Shown piece by piece: positions 39,201 through 50,760 of a stretch of 64,000 nucleotides of DNA. The DNA comes from Podarcis liolepis (lineage: Eukaryota), in assembly GCA_965112155.1 (NCBI GenBank), contig OZ218099.1. One strand, written 5' to 3'. The notes under the pieces were generated by a model. The model was not told where the DNA came from. It ran no database searches and saw only the letters and a program-made list of their open reading frames with translations. Both the position numbers and the translations under genes were made by a program. The first letter of the stretch is position 1. The number at the start of each line of letters is the position of its first letter.

Positions 39201-42200
39201 TATTAGGGGGGCAGGCAGGGGAAGTATGGCTTTGTTTTTTACAGCCTTCAAATGAGGACTAGACCATGTGAAAAATGAACATAAGATTTTAGCTGTAGTT
39301 TATTAATTTTCAGCTTTGTATTCTTGTTATTAAGAAGCACACCTAGACACTCAGTTGCGGTACCCATAACCTAGGTTTAAGGTGCCATTTAGCTCCTAGT
39401 TTTCATATCTCAGTTTCTAACACTGGTTACTGAACTACAGTGCTCATCATCCCTCACCATTGACATGGTTGCTGGGGCTTATAGGAGTTGGTGTTCCCAC
39501 AGCAGATGGCCATGGGTTTTCCATATGCGTTCTACAGTCTGTAATATTATGACTTCTTTAACTTTTCTCAGACATAGGTATGGAACATTTTGTAAAAAAG
39601 GTGGAGGCTGCTCACTGTGTTGCTTGTGACCTCTTCATTCCGATGCAGTATGGAATAATCCAGAAACATCTGAAATCCCTTGATCATAACCACAACCGCA
39701 GAGTAAGTGGATTTGTTGAATTAGCTGTTCACCACAAAAACGCACCGGAGAAGCTTGAACAATCACTACATCATTCAACTTTATAATGGCAAAAGCAGAT
39801 GAAGACTAAAGCAATTGAATAATTTAGGGGCTTTAATGCTTATTTTAACATAAAAATACTTTAAAGAGCATGCTTAAGAGACTATAGTATCTATTTTAAA
39901 TATATATATCAATATAGTATAGCTACTCTCCTGGCAGTAACATAGCCATTAATGGCATCCCATTATTTCCAAGCAGTTCTTTGACTGCAAATGTAGCTCC
40001 TGCTTGGTTTTGTTAAAACACACACACACACCAAAAACCTGCTTCATTAATTTTTTTAAGAATTTGAGTTGCAAATTCACTACCCTTAAGCTAAAAAACT
40101 TTAAAAGTGCATTGGCCAATAAAAATTTTATGTAGACTTTTTGATCTGTTTTGTTAAACACTAACTTATGAAAGAGAGATGTGTATATCTTGCTTCACAC
40201 AGTGGACATAGGTTGTGGACTCAGTTGATCGCTGCAGCTCAGTACATGTCTTTCTTTTGTGCTACCCAGTGTTTACTGGGAGAGGTGTGGTGCACATGCC
40301 ACAAACAGACTTACACTGCCAAATATAAATTTGTCCTTAGATGTTTGGTTGGATATTAAGGTTCAGAATCAAATCAAATATCTTTAATACGGTCAGTGAC
40401 CAGGAAGCAATTTATAAAATATGACATTAAGAGTAGTATTGTGCTACAAGTAGCAGTAAAAATATGGCCAATTCTCAGAATTGATGCTTATATTTATGAC
40501 CAGGTTTCGAGTTTTAAGTTTTTAAAATTCCATTCAGGAGTCGCTACTGTTTATTATCGTTCTTTCGATGTTTACAGTTTGAACTCCTTTGTAGACATCA
40601 TTGCTCGTCTTATTCTTGTTGCAATGTAACAGTACTTTGCCACGGACCTGTTAATTTCGGGCTCTTTGTCAGCTAAGTGGTGTCTGATATAGGTGTCGTC
40701 TGTACTACGAGGTATTTTCCTCAGAATCGGTTCAATCAGCTCTTTTCTTGAGTCTCGATATAATGGGCAGTATAAGATGACATGCCCAATAGTTTCGATT
40801 TCATTGCTGTTACAGGGACATAATCTTTGTTCGATCGGTATTTTATTGTATCTTCCCTCTAGAAGAGCTGAAGGGAGAGCGTTAAAGCGGGCCCTGGAAA
40901 ATGCCCATCGGTGTTTAGCGTTGTCTAGAACTTTGAGATAGTTTGCTAGATGGGGCCTTTGGGAATTGTATAGAAGTTTATAAGTTTATAAGGTTCAGAA
41001 TTAACAGTGGATAGGGTCCAGTGAATTGACAGGTGAGAAAGCAGTTTTTTTCCTTCTCAGCTTCCACAGTCTAAGTCTAGAGTGGGGAACCTTTTTGGCT
41101 CCACAGGCCTGATCATTCTCAGGATCTGCCTTGCACACCAAATTTGACCTGTCAAAATCAATTTTGCTTGGGAAGTAGGAGGAGGTTTGTGAGTCTCCTT
41201 CCCACATTAAATAGTTCCTGATGAAAATGTGTGAAAAGTTACTGTATTTTGGAAGGTCTGTCTTGGTATAAAAAATAATGAAATGTAGATACATTTTGTG
41301 CAGACCCTTTATTTATGCATTTTGTCTTCTAGGCTATGATGGAACAGTCAAAAAAATCATCATTAGTAGTTGCAAGAAGTATTCTTAACAATAAACTTAT
41401 CAGCAAGAAATTGGAGCGATATCTGAAGGTAAAACGTTTACACATAAGAACGGCCCACAGAGGGGTTATGGGCAGAATCCAAAGTGGCATGAGCAAACTT
41501 CATGCTTGCACTGTATAACTTATTTCCTTCTACCTGCAGCCACCATGCATTCCTGAAATCTGCTCCAGAGGGTACCCTATCCCTAAAATGTAAATTTTGA
41601 GGGTGCATGGAGGGCTTCAGGGAAGAAGTGTGTGAGGTGAAGTCTGTTCCACTCACACACACGTTGGATACAACTCACCCCCCCCAACTTAAAAAGAGCC
41701 ATATTGCTATGTTAACAATGGAAAAGCTTTTATTTTCTAATATTAACTGAGTTTTAATATATTTTCCACTAATCTCCATTTTCTGTCTCTACTTCATAGT
41801 GCACCCTCTCTTCTCTGTGCCTTACTATAAGGGCACTCTCAGTTTCTAAGTCTTAATTTCTCTCTGCAGACCACTGAACCCATTCCTTTTTCCATTTCCT
41901 CATCTGTACGTGTCTGCACCTCCAACTTCTTAATTTCCCTGTGTTTTCTTACTACAGTGGTACCTCTAGTTACAGACTTGATCCATTCCGGGGTGCCGTT
42001 CGCACCCTGAGAAGTCCGCAACTAGAGCGCTGCAATAGAGCACTTCTGCGCATGCGCGCATGGCGAAACCTGGAAGTATACACTTCTGGGTTTGCCACGT
42101 TCGTATCCTGAAAAAACGCAACCAGAGACTGACGTAACAAGAGGTACAACTGTATGCAGTTCTCTGCATCTTGCAGTGTTTTTTTCTGTTTGCACCCAGT

Positions 42201-43496
42201 TTCTGTATACACTTTAAAAATCACCTCTCTCGTTTTGCTTTCTTTCCTATTGTGTTCCCCCTCAAAATACTTTATTGAGAGTGGCAGCAATAGCCCCAGG
42301 AAATCCACCCTAGTGAAGGGTCCACAGATGCAGGTGGACCATGCAGCATGCTTTAGTACGCTGCAGCAGGCTTGAAAGACATATCTGAATCCAGGAAGAG
42401 GAAGTGTTATATAGGCATTCTCTCATTTCCAGTCCAATTTGGAAGGGTTTCAGTAGGCATTATATGTTCTTGTAAAGATGTGGGAAGGGGCCACAAATGA
42501 TGGGATGTGGAATTTCCCTAAGTAGCTGCAAATAGAAGGGAGGAGACCACACTCAGTCTGTGAACTGGGCATTGGGCACACCTAGACTGTACTCTATGGA
42601 AAGTTCTAACAACTTTTGCAAAATGAACAGTAATTGCTGTGTAAATTGCAAGATATTTTTAAACTCTTTATAAATTGATATGTACCCACCCACTGGAGTG
42701 GGATGACTTTTTAAATTTCTGTCACATCCTGGAGGTTAAAAGAAATGAATTTGCTTGTATAATGGAGAACACATTCTTGTTTTCAAAAAGATTATTGAGA
42801 CACTTGTTGGTTGAAATGCCGTAGTCCCCCCAAAAATGATCAGGGATCTTTCACTTGTATCAGAGACTTGATTATATCTACTAGTGAAAGAAAAGGAATG
42901 AAAGTGTCCTGATTTCTTGTAACTTTTGTATTTGATTTTCTTCAGGTTCTGTAGTTTAAAGCATACCAAAAATAAATAAATTAGTGCAGTAGTCAAGGCC
43001 TTAAAATTATTTTTATGTGATGGCCCCACTCAACAACAGAAACTTGCTTACCCAGCTATATATTGTAGACTGCTTAGTTCCTTAAAGTGTGTGGTGTTTA
43101 ATGCTGGGTGTCAGGTGGTTCTGATTTGTTTTTCAGGGGGAGAATCCCTTCACAGATGATCCTGAAGAGAAAGAGGAACATGAGGAAGGTGAGGCAGGAA
43201 CAAGTGGAAATATGGAGGAGGGAGCAGCTGAAGGTGAAGAAAACAAGGTTGAAGAAGAAACCAAAGGTGGAGACAATCTGGCTGAGGAAGACGTAGTTGA
43301 AGAAGGTACTGCAGAAAACAAAGGAAATGATGATGAAGAACCACCACCAGGACAAATGGAAGAGCAGAATTTGAACACATCCCAGGAATCATTTGCTGCT
43401 GAGCAGGAGCAAGAATATGATGAAGAAGAAGACAAAGAAAAAGAAGAAAGAAAAGGATTCATACCTTCAGAGGATATGGAACCACCTGATGAGTGA
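23411..43496 (+). CDS. AKAP8L: A-kinase anchor protein 8-like (HA95), spliced CDS ~634 aa
   Basis: join(23411-23423,27359-27391,28882-29119,31947-32406,32866-32983,33810-33853,35256-35310,37433-37541,37972-38113,38499-38604,39572-39702,41333-41428,43137-43496) = 1905 nt, open frame. YG-rich N-terminus, two AKAP95-type zinc fingers (CSLC..HLESKFH; CVAC..HLKSLDH), acidic tail. Confidence 0.95.
25376..25399. repeat. (ACAT)n tetranucleotide microsatellite
   Basis: acatacatacatacatacatacat-type run. Confidence 0.85.
27359..27391 (+). CDS. AKAP8L: AKAP8L exon 2 ([11 protein letters not shown]), GC donor
   Basis: Acceptor cttctttctag; 33 nt; donor AG|gcaagt. Confidence 0.88.
27690..28022. repeat. 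Three adjacent decayed copies of a short palindromic interspersed repeat
   Basis: Units resembling gcaatcctat...gtaagtcccactgaattcaatggga...ataggattgca; further copies near 33665-33760, 48550-48670 and 60630-60710. Confidence 0.45.
28882..29119 (+). CDS. AKAP8L: AKAP8L exon 3 ([11 protein letters not shown]...[10 protein letters not shown])
   Basis: Acceptor ctcatttcag, donor AG|gtgagt; 238 nt. Confidence 0.93.
29358..29575. mobile_element. Tc1/mariner(pogo/Tigger)-type MITE
   Basis: TA|CAGTGGTACCTC...GAGGTACCACTG|TA: TIRs with TA TSD; internal partial TIR repeats (gtacctcaggttaagaac). Confidence 0.9.
31947..32406 (+). CDS. AKAP8L: AKAP8L exon 4 ([11 protein letters not shown]...WDADFK)
   Basis: Acceptor ttcttgcag, donor AAA|gtaagt; 460 nt. 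Confidence 0.95.
32866..32983 (+). CDS. AKAP8L: AKAP8L exon 5 (KKRIK...KRKQ NLS-like...SDNSDSDN)
   Basis: Acceptor attcatag, donor G|gtaaga; 118 nt. Confidence 0.92.
33810..33853 (+). CDS. AKAP8L: AKAP8L exon 6 ([15 protein letters not shown])
   Basis: Acceptor tcttttcag (CAGAAG tandem), donor |gtgagt; 44 nt. Confidence 0.88.
34715..34840. mobile_element. hAT-type MITE relic
   Basis: ggccctccagat...ggactacaa...catcatc...gatggga; same family as 59378-59500. Confidence 0.55.
35256..35310 (+). CDS. AKAP8L: AKAP8L exon 7 ([18 protein letters not shown])
   Basis: Acceptor cattttag, donor G|gtaagt; 55 nt. Confidence 0.88.
35387..35617 (+). mobile_element. Retroposed 3' end (L1/Tx1-type) with 18-bp TSD
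   Basis: Perfect direct repeats AAGATGTGTGGAATATTG at 35369-35386 and 35618-35635 flank a T-rich segment ending in AATAAA (35600-35605) and an A-run. Confidence 0.85.
36406..36603. mobile_element. Tc1/mariner-type MITE (opposite orientation to 46788-46994)
   Basis: TA|CAGTCATACC...CGTCCACTG|TA; near reverse complement of 46788-46994. Confidence 0.88.
36805..36920 (+). mobile_element. L2/SINE 3' tail relic
   Basis: T-rich run, then gtggacagcactgagatc...agcagtatacaaatg and a (taa)n-like tail. Confidence 0.4.
37433..37541 (+). CDS. AKAP8L: AKAP8L exon 8 (GAMTIQEE...RDRMVE)
   Basis: Acceptor ttcatgtag, donor AG|gtaagt; 109 nt. Confidence 0.93.
37972..38113 (+). CDS. AKAP8L: AKAP8L exon 9 (zinc finger 1)
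   Basis: [31 protein letters not shown]; acceptor tcttaacag, donor CAG|gtcggc; 142 nt. Confidence 0.95.
38499..38604 (+). CDS. AKAP8L: AKAP8L exon 10 (EYVANKTKK...DQDLTQ)
   Basis: Acceptor caatgcag, donor G|gtaggt; 106 nt. Confidence 0.93.
39572..39702 (+). CDS. AKAP8L: AKAP8L exon 11 (zinc finger 2)
   Basis: [40 protein letters not shown]; acceptor ttttctcag, donor |gtaagt; 131 nt. Confidence 0.95.
40370..40988 (-). mobile_element. 5'-truncated non-LTR retrotransposon (RTE-X-like), recent insertion
   Basis: Perfect 13-bp TSD TAAGGTTCAGAAT at 40357-40369 and 40989-41001. Minus-strand open frame 40985-40572 (137 aa) with EGRY..IP.EQRLCPC-x9-H-x4-C. 3' UTR ends in ggtcactgacc, ATTAAA and an (atttg)n tail. 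Confidence 0.85.
41333..41428 (+). CDS. AKAP8L: AKAP8L exon 12 ([10 protein letters not shown]...ERYLK)
   Basis: Acceptor gtcttctag, donor AAG|gtaaaa; 96 nt. Confidence 0.95.
41470..41675. mobile_element. Old palindromic MITE-like repeat
   Basis: ctgcagcc...catgca...aaatctgctccagaggg...tgcatgg...cagggaag imperfect inverted structure; relatives near 24885-25010, 45870-46060 and 51970-52110. Confidence 0.5.
41955..42152. mobile_element. Tc1/mariner-type MITE
   Basis: TA|CAGTGGTACCTCT...AGAGGTACAACTG|TA. Confidence 0.88.
43137..43496 (+). CDS. AKAP8L: AKAP8L last coding exon ([11 protein letters not shown]... acidic tail)
   Basis: Acceptor gtttttcag; 360 nt ending in TGA. Confidence 0.93.
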   Translation, partial: GENPFTDDPEEKEEHEEGEAGTSGNMEEGAAEGEENKVEEETKGGDNLAEEDVVEEGTAENKGNDDEEPPPGQMEEQNLNTSQESFAAEQEQEYDEEEDKEKEERKGFIPSEDMEPPDE

Positions 43497-44402
43497 ACTT
43501 GCACAGAAGGTTGAAGCATTTTGAGACTCTGCATTAAAACTTTTTAAACCATAACTGTATTTGTGACACTACATGGCACGCAGCTTTGTTTCTCATTGAC
43601 TACATTTTCACCTAGTTACAGCACTTGAAAGCCTTTATCTGTAAAGTGTTTTTGGAAATAGCTTTTTTTAACCAAATCTTCATTGTATTAGCTAGGTTTT
43701 GTGCAGTACAATTTTTAGGTGGCTTTATACTAGGAAAATACCCCCCTCCTCCTTTTTGAGTAAATAACTCAAAACCAAATTGTGTTAATTGGCTTCCAAC
43801 TTTGGGGGGAGGTAATTGTCCTCTAATTTTCTCCCCCCTCCCCCTTTAACTTTGTATATAGTTGAAGATGTTTTTGTTCCCTAGCCAGCCGTGTCTGGAT
43901 ATGTCAATAGCAGAATTCTGGGTTTTAAATTCTGCACGATCGGAGTAACTTCCATGCAACTGTAGCATTCTTCTACTCTACCTTTTTACTTTTAATATGC
44001 AGAAGTAATAGTTGGGGGTCAGCACAATAGTTTTTCCAGTGCTTTTATTTAAGGATGAATTCTTCCAGTGGATTGAGATAATATTAGGATTACCTGTACA
44101 TGTGGGTTTTTGGAAGAAGCAGCCACATGAAGGGTGTGCAGGAAGCCTCAAAAAGGGATAAATGCATCCCAGCACATTCGTAAAAGGCAATTCAGCATTG
44201 CTCCTTTTGAGTTTTGTCCTGAAGTTGTTTAGGGGACATCATTTATGCTGCTTGCCTTAGACTGCTATTCTGTAAATGAAGGCTATGGTAGCCCATATGA
44301 AAGATGAAGAGTGTTACAGAAACATTAAATATTCCCTTCAATGCAGTTCTTTGGCAGTTGTCTCATTCTAAATCATCCTGCAATCTCAGCAATGTACTAC
44401 TG

Positions 44403-44404
<2 letters not shown>

Positions 44405-44466
<62 letters not shown>

Positions 44467-44470
44467 TGTG
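44405..44470. repeat. Compound microsatellite (TC)n(TG)n
   Basis: ~22 TC units directly followed by ~11 TG units. Confidence 0.97.
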
Positions 44471-45220
44471 GATACGTGTGTGCTTTTTTACTACAACCCA
44501 AGGTTTATTTTGGTTACACTCTGCCCCATGAAGCAATAGTGCTACAACTACTACTGCTCTTGTTCATCCTTCATTTATTATCGTGTGTTTCTCTTCAAGT
44601 ACATGTGTGCTTCCTACAGTGAAAATCAAGTAGTGGACTGGACAAGGTTTTATGATCCTTTGTTTCTGCTTTCCTGCTACATCAAAGGAAAAGGGTGAGT
44701 GAAGTAATTGTTGCACCACAGGATGCAGGCCTTGCTGCCATACACCACTCCTGCTACCTTAAGCCTTTGAAACACCTAGCATCTGGAGCTATATGGAAAT
44801 AAATATTGCGAGTAAATTGCAAAAGTCATTACATTTAATCAACAGAAATAGAAATGTTGAAGGAGGCTTCAGAGTACAGTTTTTCTTTAGGAATGTGTAA
44901 TGACTCAAGTGTTTAGAACAGTATGCTATGTTTTGTACCTTATCAAGTCTTAGATGTTCCTGATAATGAATTAAATGAACATTGGGTGTACAGTACTGAA
45001 ATTATAGAACTAAACTCTTTTCTACATATCTGAGCTGGCATCTTGAAATGAAGTGTGTGCTCTGTAAGTGAAGAAAATTTCTGCAACAGCTGTTAGCGAA
45101 GGATAGTAAGTTTTAGAAGTATTATGGCAGTCACTGATTGTGGTATAGGTTTCTAATCTTTAAGTAGTCATTGCTGCCTTCTTCAAGCCATTTTAGGTAT
45201 TTGCCTAAATGATAATAGTA

Positions 45221-45449
45221 CGGTGGAACCTTGGGTTGTGGACGTAATCCGTGACGGAGGCACGTCCACAACCAGCAGCGTTCGCATCCTGAAGCGCCAT
45301 GTCTGCGCAGGCACCGGCACAATTTGGTGCTTCTGCGCATGCGCGAGCGGCAAAACCCAGAAGTAACCCATTCTGGTACTTCCGGGTATCCCGCGGTCTG
45401 CAACCCGAAAACATGTAACCTGAAGCATCCATAACATGAGGTATGACTG
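45221..45449. mobile_element. Tc1/mariner-type MITE
   Basis: TA|CGGTGGAACCTTGGGTT...GAGGTATGACTG|TA. Confidence 0.85.
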
Positions 45450-46787
45450 TACATGTTAGTAGTAAAAGTGTGAGTTGCACAAAAATGTTAACTGTTGTTA
45501 GGGACAGCGTGTCCCGTTCTGCTGCTTGAGGCAAAACTGGGAGTCCTGCCCTGCCACCCCACCGCCTTTACCACTGGCATTAAATAGGTATCAACTTTTC
45601 CACCCCCACAGGGGCTTCTTCCACCTAAGGTGGCGGCATCACCCCGCCTCATGGGTGGGCTGCGCCAGACTGTGGTACCAACTTACTTTGTAGCCATCTT
45701 TTTATCAGCTGGTTAAATCCAAAAGGAGTGGTATTCATTTTAAAGCTTATATATACTTCTAAAAACCTCAGTAGCCTCGTATGCATTCCATCTTCATTAT
45801 TGCACTAACAGCCCACACATACACATGCTTACTTGCTTGTTTGGAAAGGGGTGGAATTCACTGTAGTGCTAAGTGGGATATGCATGCACAGAACGAGGTC
45901 TGCTCACACAAAAAGTCTCTTCCCTACACACACCTCCCCTAAACCTGTTCTTTGGTTCCTCCCAAGCTTCCAGAGCAGATTTGCAGGGAATGTGGCAGGT
46001 GAATGTCCTGTTGAACCAGTAGACCTCATCTGTGCATGCAACAACTTAGTGGAATCCTGCTGTAAGTCTCCGTAAGTGCAGTGGGACCTATTTTGGGATA
46101 GATGTTTAGAGTTGCAGGCTCAGCATGGAGTCCCCATGTTTTTCTCACAACGCTAAAGCAGGGGTGGGGGCATATTGGGAGAAAACTGACAGGCATGAGG
46201 TCTAGATGGCCTAGGGTCAAATTAGGTATGATGTTGAACATGTCTATTCTTCACACACCCACTCCCTGCAAAGCAAGTTGCAGCTTTAGGTGAAACGACA
46301 CAGAAGGAAAGGTTAAACAGAGCAAATCTCAAATTTAGCAGTTAATCAGTAAAAACAAGAATAAAAGGGGATCCGGATCCTAAAACTTCTCTGCCATGTT
46401 TGACCCTTAATGGGAGGCTTTTATGGATTAACTTAATTCAAAGCCTGTTAAGCTGGAGTCTGAGGGGCATCTCTAGAGGTTCCACCGTTATTAAGATTCT
46501 GTGGGGATAGCTGGGCTATCAACTGCTATCGTAGAAGGGTAGTAGAGGAAGTGGTGGTGGCAGCAATTATCCTGGTGCTAAGTGCTTCATCTGGAGGAGG
46601 CTTTGTTGGGATTGAAGATCTGAGGAAGAGCCTTAGATTGTAAAATTATTAAAGGTTATCTGAATCCCTTATTAAACTTCATTTTCATTCATCCATCACA
46701 CTCCATTACTGCTATTTACTAGTGAAAAGGAGGATAGATTGGTCCTTTTTGGAAATGTAAGGCGGCAGCTAACGCTCCAATCCTATA

Positions 46788-46994
46788 CAGTGGGCGCTTG
46801 GGTTGCGAACATGATCCATGCAGGATGCACGTTTGCAACCCGCAGTGGCGTGTCTGCACATGTGCGGGTTGCAATTTGGCACGCATGCGCAATTGCCGAA
46901 ACCCAGAAGTAACCCGTTCCAGTACTTCTGGGTTTCGGCGGTCTACAACCCGAAAAAACGCTACCTGAAGCGTCTGTAACCCTAGGTATGACTG
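46788..46994. mobile_element. Tc1/mariner-type MITE
   Basis: TA|CAGTGGGCGCTTGGGTT...AGGTATGACTG|TA. Confidence 0.88.
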
Positions 46995-48854
46995 TACACA
47001 CTTGTCCAAGTAAGTCGTATTGAACTTTGGTATCTACTCAGAAGTTAGCTCCACTATCAGATTTTACCGTAAATTCTAGGCGAAGCTAGACAGTGAATTA
47101 AGGACAATGCCATAACATTGTATCTCTTTAGGGGGATGAATACCATTTCTTCACCTATACCATACTCCTGGTTCTTCTCAGAAAACATGGAAAACATTTA
47201 AGAATTTCACAGCAGGGAAAATTCCACCATGTATAGCTTCTTCCACTGCAACAGAGGTGGAAAACTACCTGGTGAAATTACCCCATCTATGCAATTCTTA
47301 AAAGCCTTTTAGTCTGGGCCTGGCACCCGTTTCTCTTTAGTATTGTTCATGATATATGTACGTCTCTGTTTCTTTCTCTTCAAATATGTACCAAATAGCC
47401 TCCTGCTTGAATGTTATTGACTGTGTTGCTGTACCAAATGTCAATTTTGTACATCGGTTTTAGAATTCGTTATCCTTTGTCATGAATTACAGTGTTCTGT
47501 CTATATAAAACTAAACTAAATCAAGTTGTGATTGCCCGACAGTGATTTAAAAAAATAGCCAGAGCATTTGTTTTAATTGCAGCTTTGCCATGTGTGTGGA
47601 ATTTTGTAAAGCTGCTGCTGAATCTGGAAAGCAGTGATTACTTTCACTGAAATGTGTACTTGGTAAACTGCAGGAAAAGCTAGACTCCATTTCTATATCT
47701 ACTCGACTGTATATATAACTACTTTGTAAGTCCTGTAGTGTTTCCCTGTATCACAGATTTTGTTATTTTCATAGAATTTAGTTCTCGTCTAGAGATCAAC
47801 TTGTGTCTGAAGTGCCAGGTTCATTTTGGAGCAATTGGCTTGTGCATGCTCACAGCTAAATTTCTAGGTCCTTGTTCATTTTAACTTAAATTTCTTCAGC
47901 TGCTTTTCCAAAGGAGATGAGCAAGGTCCATAGCAGCTGTCTAACCTACTTACATATACAGCCTCCACTACTGCCTAGTGTAGTTTCTATCAATTTTGTT
48001 TGCTATAGCGAACAAATCACACAATTTTTTTTGTACAAAAGAGCATACCTAGCCCTCATGGATTGTACAAACATGGGGGCAAAGGTTAAGAGTCATGTTC
48101 CTTGCTTCAGTCACTTTTGCCTCTGGCCCCACCTGCTCCTAGAATGTGGCCCACTGTCTGAAAAAGGCTCACCATGCCTGATTTACAGGGAGAAGTGGGG
48201 AGCTCCAAAACTGGACATCATAACTGAACAATGTACTTATCTCTTCTTTATTTCTGCTGTTGCAAATAACAAATAAATGGTTGTTCATTTGTTCCCTCAT
48301 CATGCTTATCACTGAGGATGAATGTACTGATTTGCACAAAGTACACTGGACTGTGGGTGGAAAAACCCAGGATTAAATATTGAACCACTATGATTATCAA
48401 GGATATCACAAACTTTGATGCTTTTTCTCTGTCTAGTTGGGGAAATTGTGCTTCTTCAACCAGTTGGTTTTCACTATAGCTATGCTGTGCTATCACAGAT
48501 CTGCATTGTACCAAATTCTGTAAGTACTGGTGCTGTTACAAATGAGTTAAACTGTTAGGATTGCATCCCATTTTACTGATGCTCTGTGCAGTCCCACTGA
48601 AATTAATGGGCAAGACTAATTTAGGGCCATAAATTACTGGGGATCTACTCTGTGTAGAACCTGGATATAACACAAATACTCCAGCTCAGGCTCGCCATCA
48701 GGTCATCATTAAGTGGTTGTGGAAAGGTTTAGCAGTCAAGGCCCGTACTGTTTAGTTAGTGTGTCTCAAGATTAGGAAATAGAGCAACAGCAGGTTTACA
48801 ATCTTTGTGCCTGTAACAGCTGCATTATGGATAGTTTCTCTGTTGGAAATGAAA

Positions 48855-49015
48855 GAATGGCTGTGCTAGAGCACATGTTTTGCATGCAGAAGACCTCAGG
48901 ATAAACACCTGCCCTTTCCAAGTAGTACTGAGGAAGGATTCCTGTCTGAAATCCTGAAGATCTGCAGTCACTGTAGATGATACTGGACAGGACATATAAC
49001 GTATCTTCCTCTGTT
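48855..49015 (+). mobile_element. tRNA-derived SINE relic
   Basis: tagagcacatgttttgcatgcagaagacctcagg tRNA-like head followed by body shared with the ~54350-54545 copy. Confidence 0.55.
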
Positions 49016-49779
49016 CCCAAAACAGGAAAGAAGGTTGAGAGGGGGTCTCTGCATCCTTGTAAAACAATTCAGCAATGTACAGCTATTTTTAAAAATAAAG
49101 TTCCATGCAGACCTCTCTTCCCATTCTGTCAGAAATGGGTAGGCCAGGAGTACTGGAACTGTAATACTGTAGAAATTAATAGAATTCCAAATAATTATAT
49201 TATATCTGAGGCTCTCTTCCATTGCAGTGCTTTGAAATAGTTATGCCCTTTACCCACAGAAACCTGTCGGGAAAAGTGCACCTTAATGATAGAGAATCTA
49301 CTATTATTAAAATACTATAAAACATGTATTTATACTTCTGTATGGATGGTGACCTATAGAAGCTTATGCTGTGTTACATTAATTCGTATTTAAGGTGCCA
49401 CAAGACTGTTTCGCCAGATTAGAAAAACATGCCTACGCATCTGGAAAATAGCATCTAGAAATTCAGCAGGTGCCTACCTAATTCCACGACAGCGAAAGGC
49501 TGTAGGAGTTAAATTACAAACCAGTCTTTTAACAAGGAGTATTGTCCTAGTTTAGAGAGACAGCATTTTTAAAGCACGATACCAAACTAGATTTTGGATT
49601 TTGCAACAAAAAATCATTGCGAAAGGGACAGGAGTGTAACATCTATATCATTTTTCATCTGCAACATGCATTGAAAAGCGCAGGTCTTTGCTAGGGTGGT
49701 GGGGAAATAAGTCACCCTCTTGCAGCTGCTTGCTTTTTTGTGTGTGAGCGAAGAGTTATTTCCCAGCACTGCAACAAAT

Positions 49780-50760
49780 GAGATCATCTCCCCGCGGCCA
49801 CTTCATATAGGCTCATAATACACCGCGTTGTTTCCTTCCACCGTTGCCTCTCACCAATTTAAGCAGGAACCGGAAAATTCTCTTAAAACGAGCCATCTCG
49901 GTCGCTTTAAGAAGTCAGCCCAATGGGAAGGGATTTCACGCGGCGAGGCGGGAGTAGGAGCTGCTCACGGGAAACACGAATGGGCAGGACTTTGAGATCG
50001 CAACCAATAGAAACTCAGAAGTCCGCAAGAGGAGCCAATCCGCGGTGGGCTCCAACGCTCGCGCAGTGAGGGTATAGGTTACTCTGCGTGGTCGCAGGTT
50101 GACGGAGAGGGAAGCCATGGATCAGGGCTATGGTGAGAGCTGGCGCTGCGCGGGCGGGGGAAGGGAGCGGGAAACCCGGCAAACGCGGGTTAGGCTTCGC
50201 TCGGGGTAGGGCTGTTTACCTCACCGTGGTGGCTTTTCGCACCGACTAGGCCTGGTGACTCTCAAGCGCCTCCGCGAGACACGGGCGGCGTTGATTGGCC
50301 ATCGGCGCTGCCCCTCTCGGAGATTGGCCTGGCGAATGGAGCGCCTCTTTCTAATCTCCGCGGTCTGCGAGGAAGGCGGGACTAGGCCCTTTTTCCGAAG
50401 ACGACACAAAATGGCGTCGAGGCGACCCCTTTCCTCTGCTCTAGCGCCCGTTTCCTGCACCCCATTCTTTGCGCGGGGTGCCGCCTCTTCCCCTCCTCCC
50501 CCGGGGGTGGGGGTTTAACTTTTGTAGCCGGCCTGCCCCCTCCTACAGACACCCGCAGCTTCCTGGGCTTAGCGCTTGGTCCATATAGAGAAGTCGTTTC
50601 CACATCTCTATTAAGAGTTGCCAACAGCTTCCCCCTCCCTGGCAGGACTCCTGTGTCTTTAACGCCTCTGCCATCCCTGTAGGTAGCAAGTGAATCCTTT
50701 TTCCTGCTATGCAATCGACGCCTGGGGAGGCGTCCGCCTGTTAAAAAGCCTGTGCAACTG
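49780..50760 (+). promoter_or_regulatory. CpG island promoter of AKAP8
   Basis: CpG-rich. CCAAT boxes near 49854, 49920, 50004 and 50035; ETS-like ACCGGAAA at 49869; surrounds the ATG at 50117. Confidence 0.88.
50117..50132 (+). CDS. AKAP8: AKAP8 exon 1 coding part (MDQGY)
   Basis: gaagccATGG Kozak; donor G|gtgaga. Confidence 0.9.

Noticed and set aside
45131-47009. Similar short ORFs (also 36447-36716 and 41966-42308) suggesting a peptide family
   Set aside because: The similarity comes from the shared non-coding MITE sequence; frames are inconsistent between copies.
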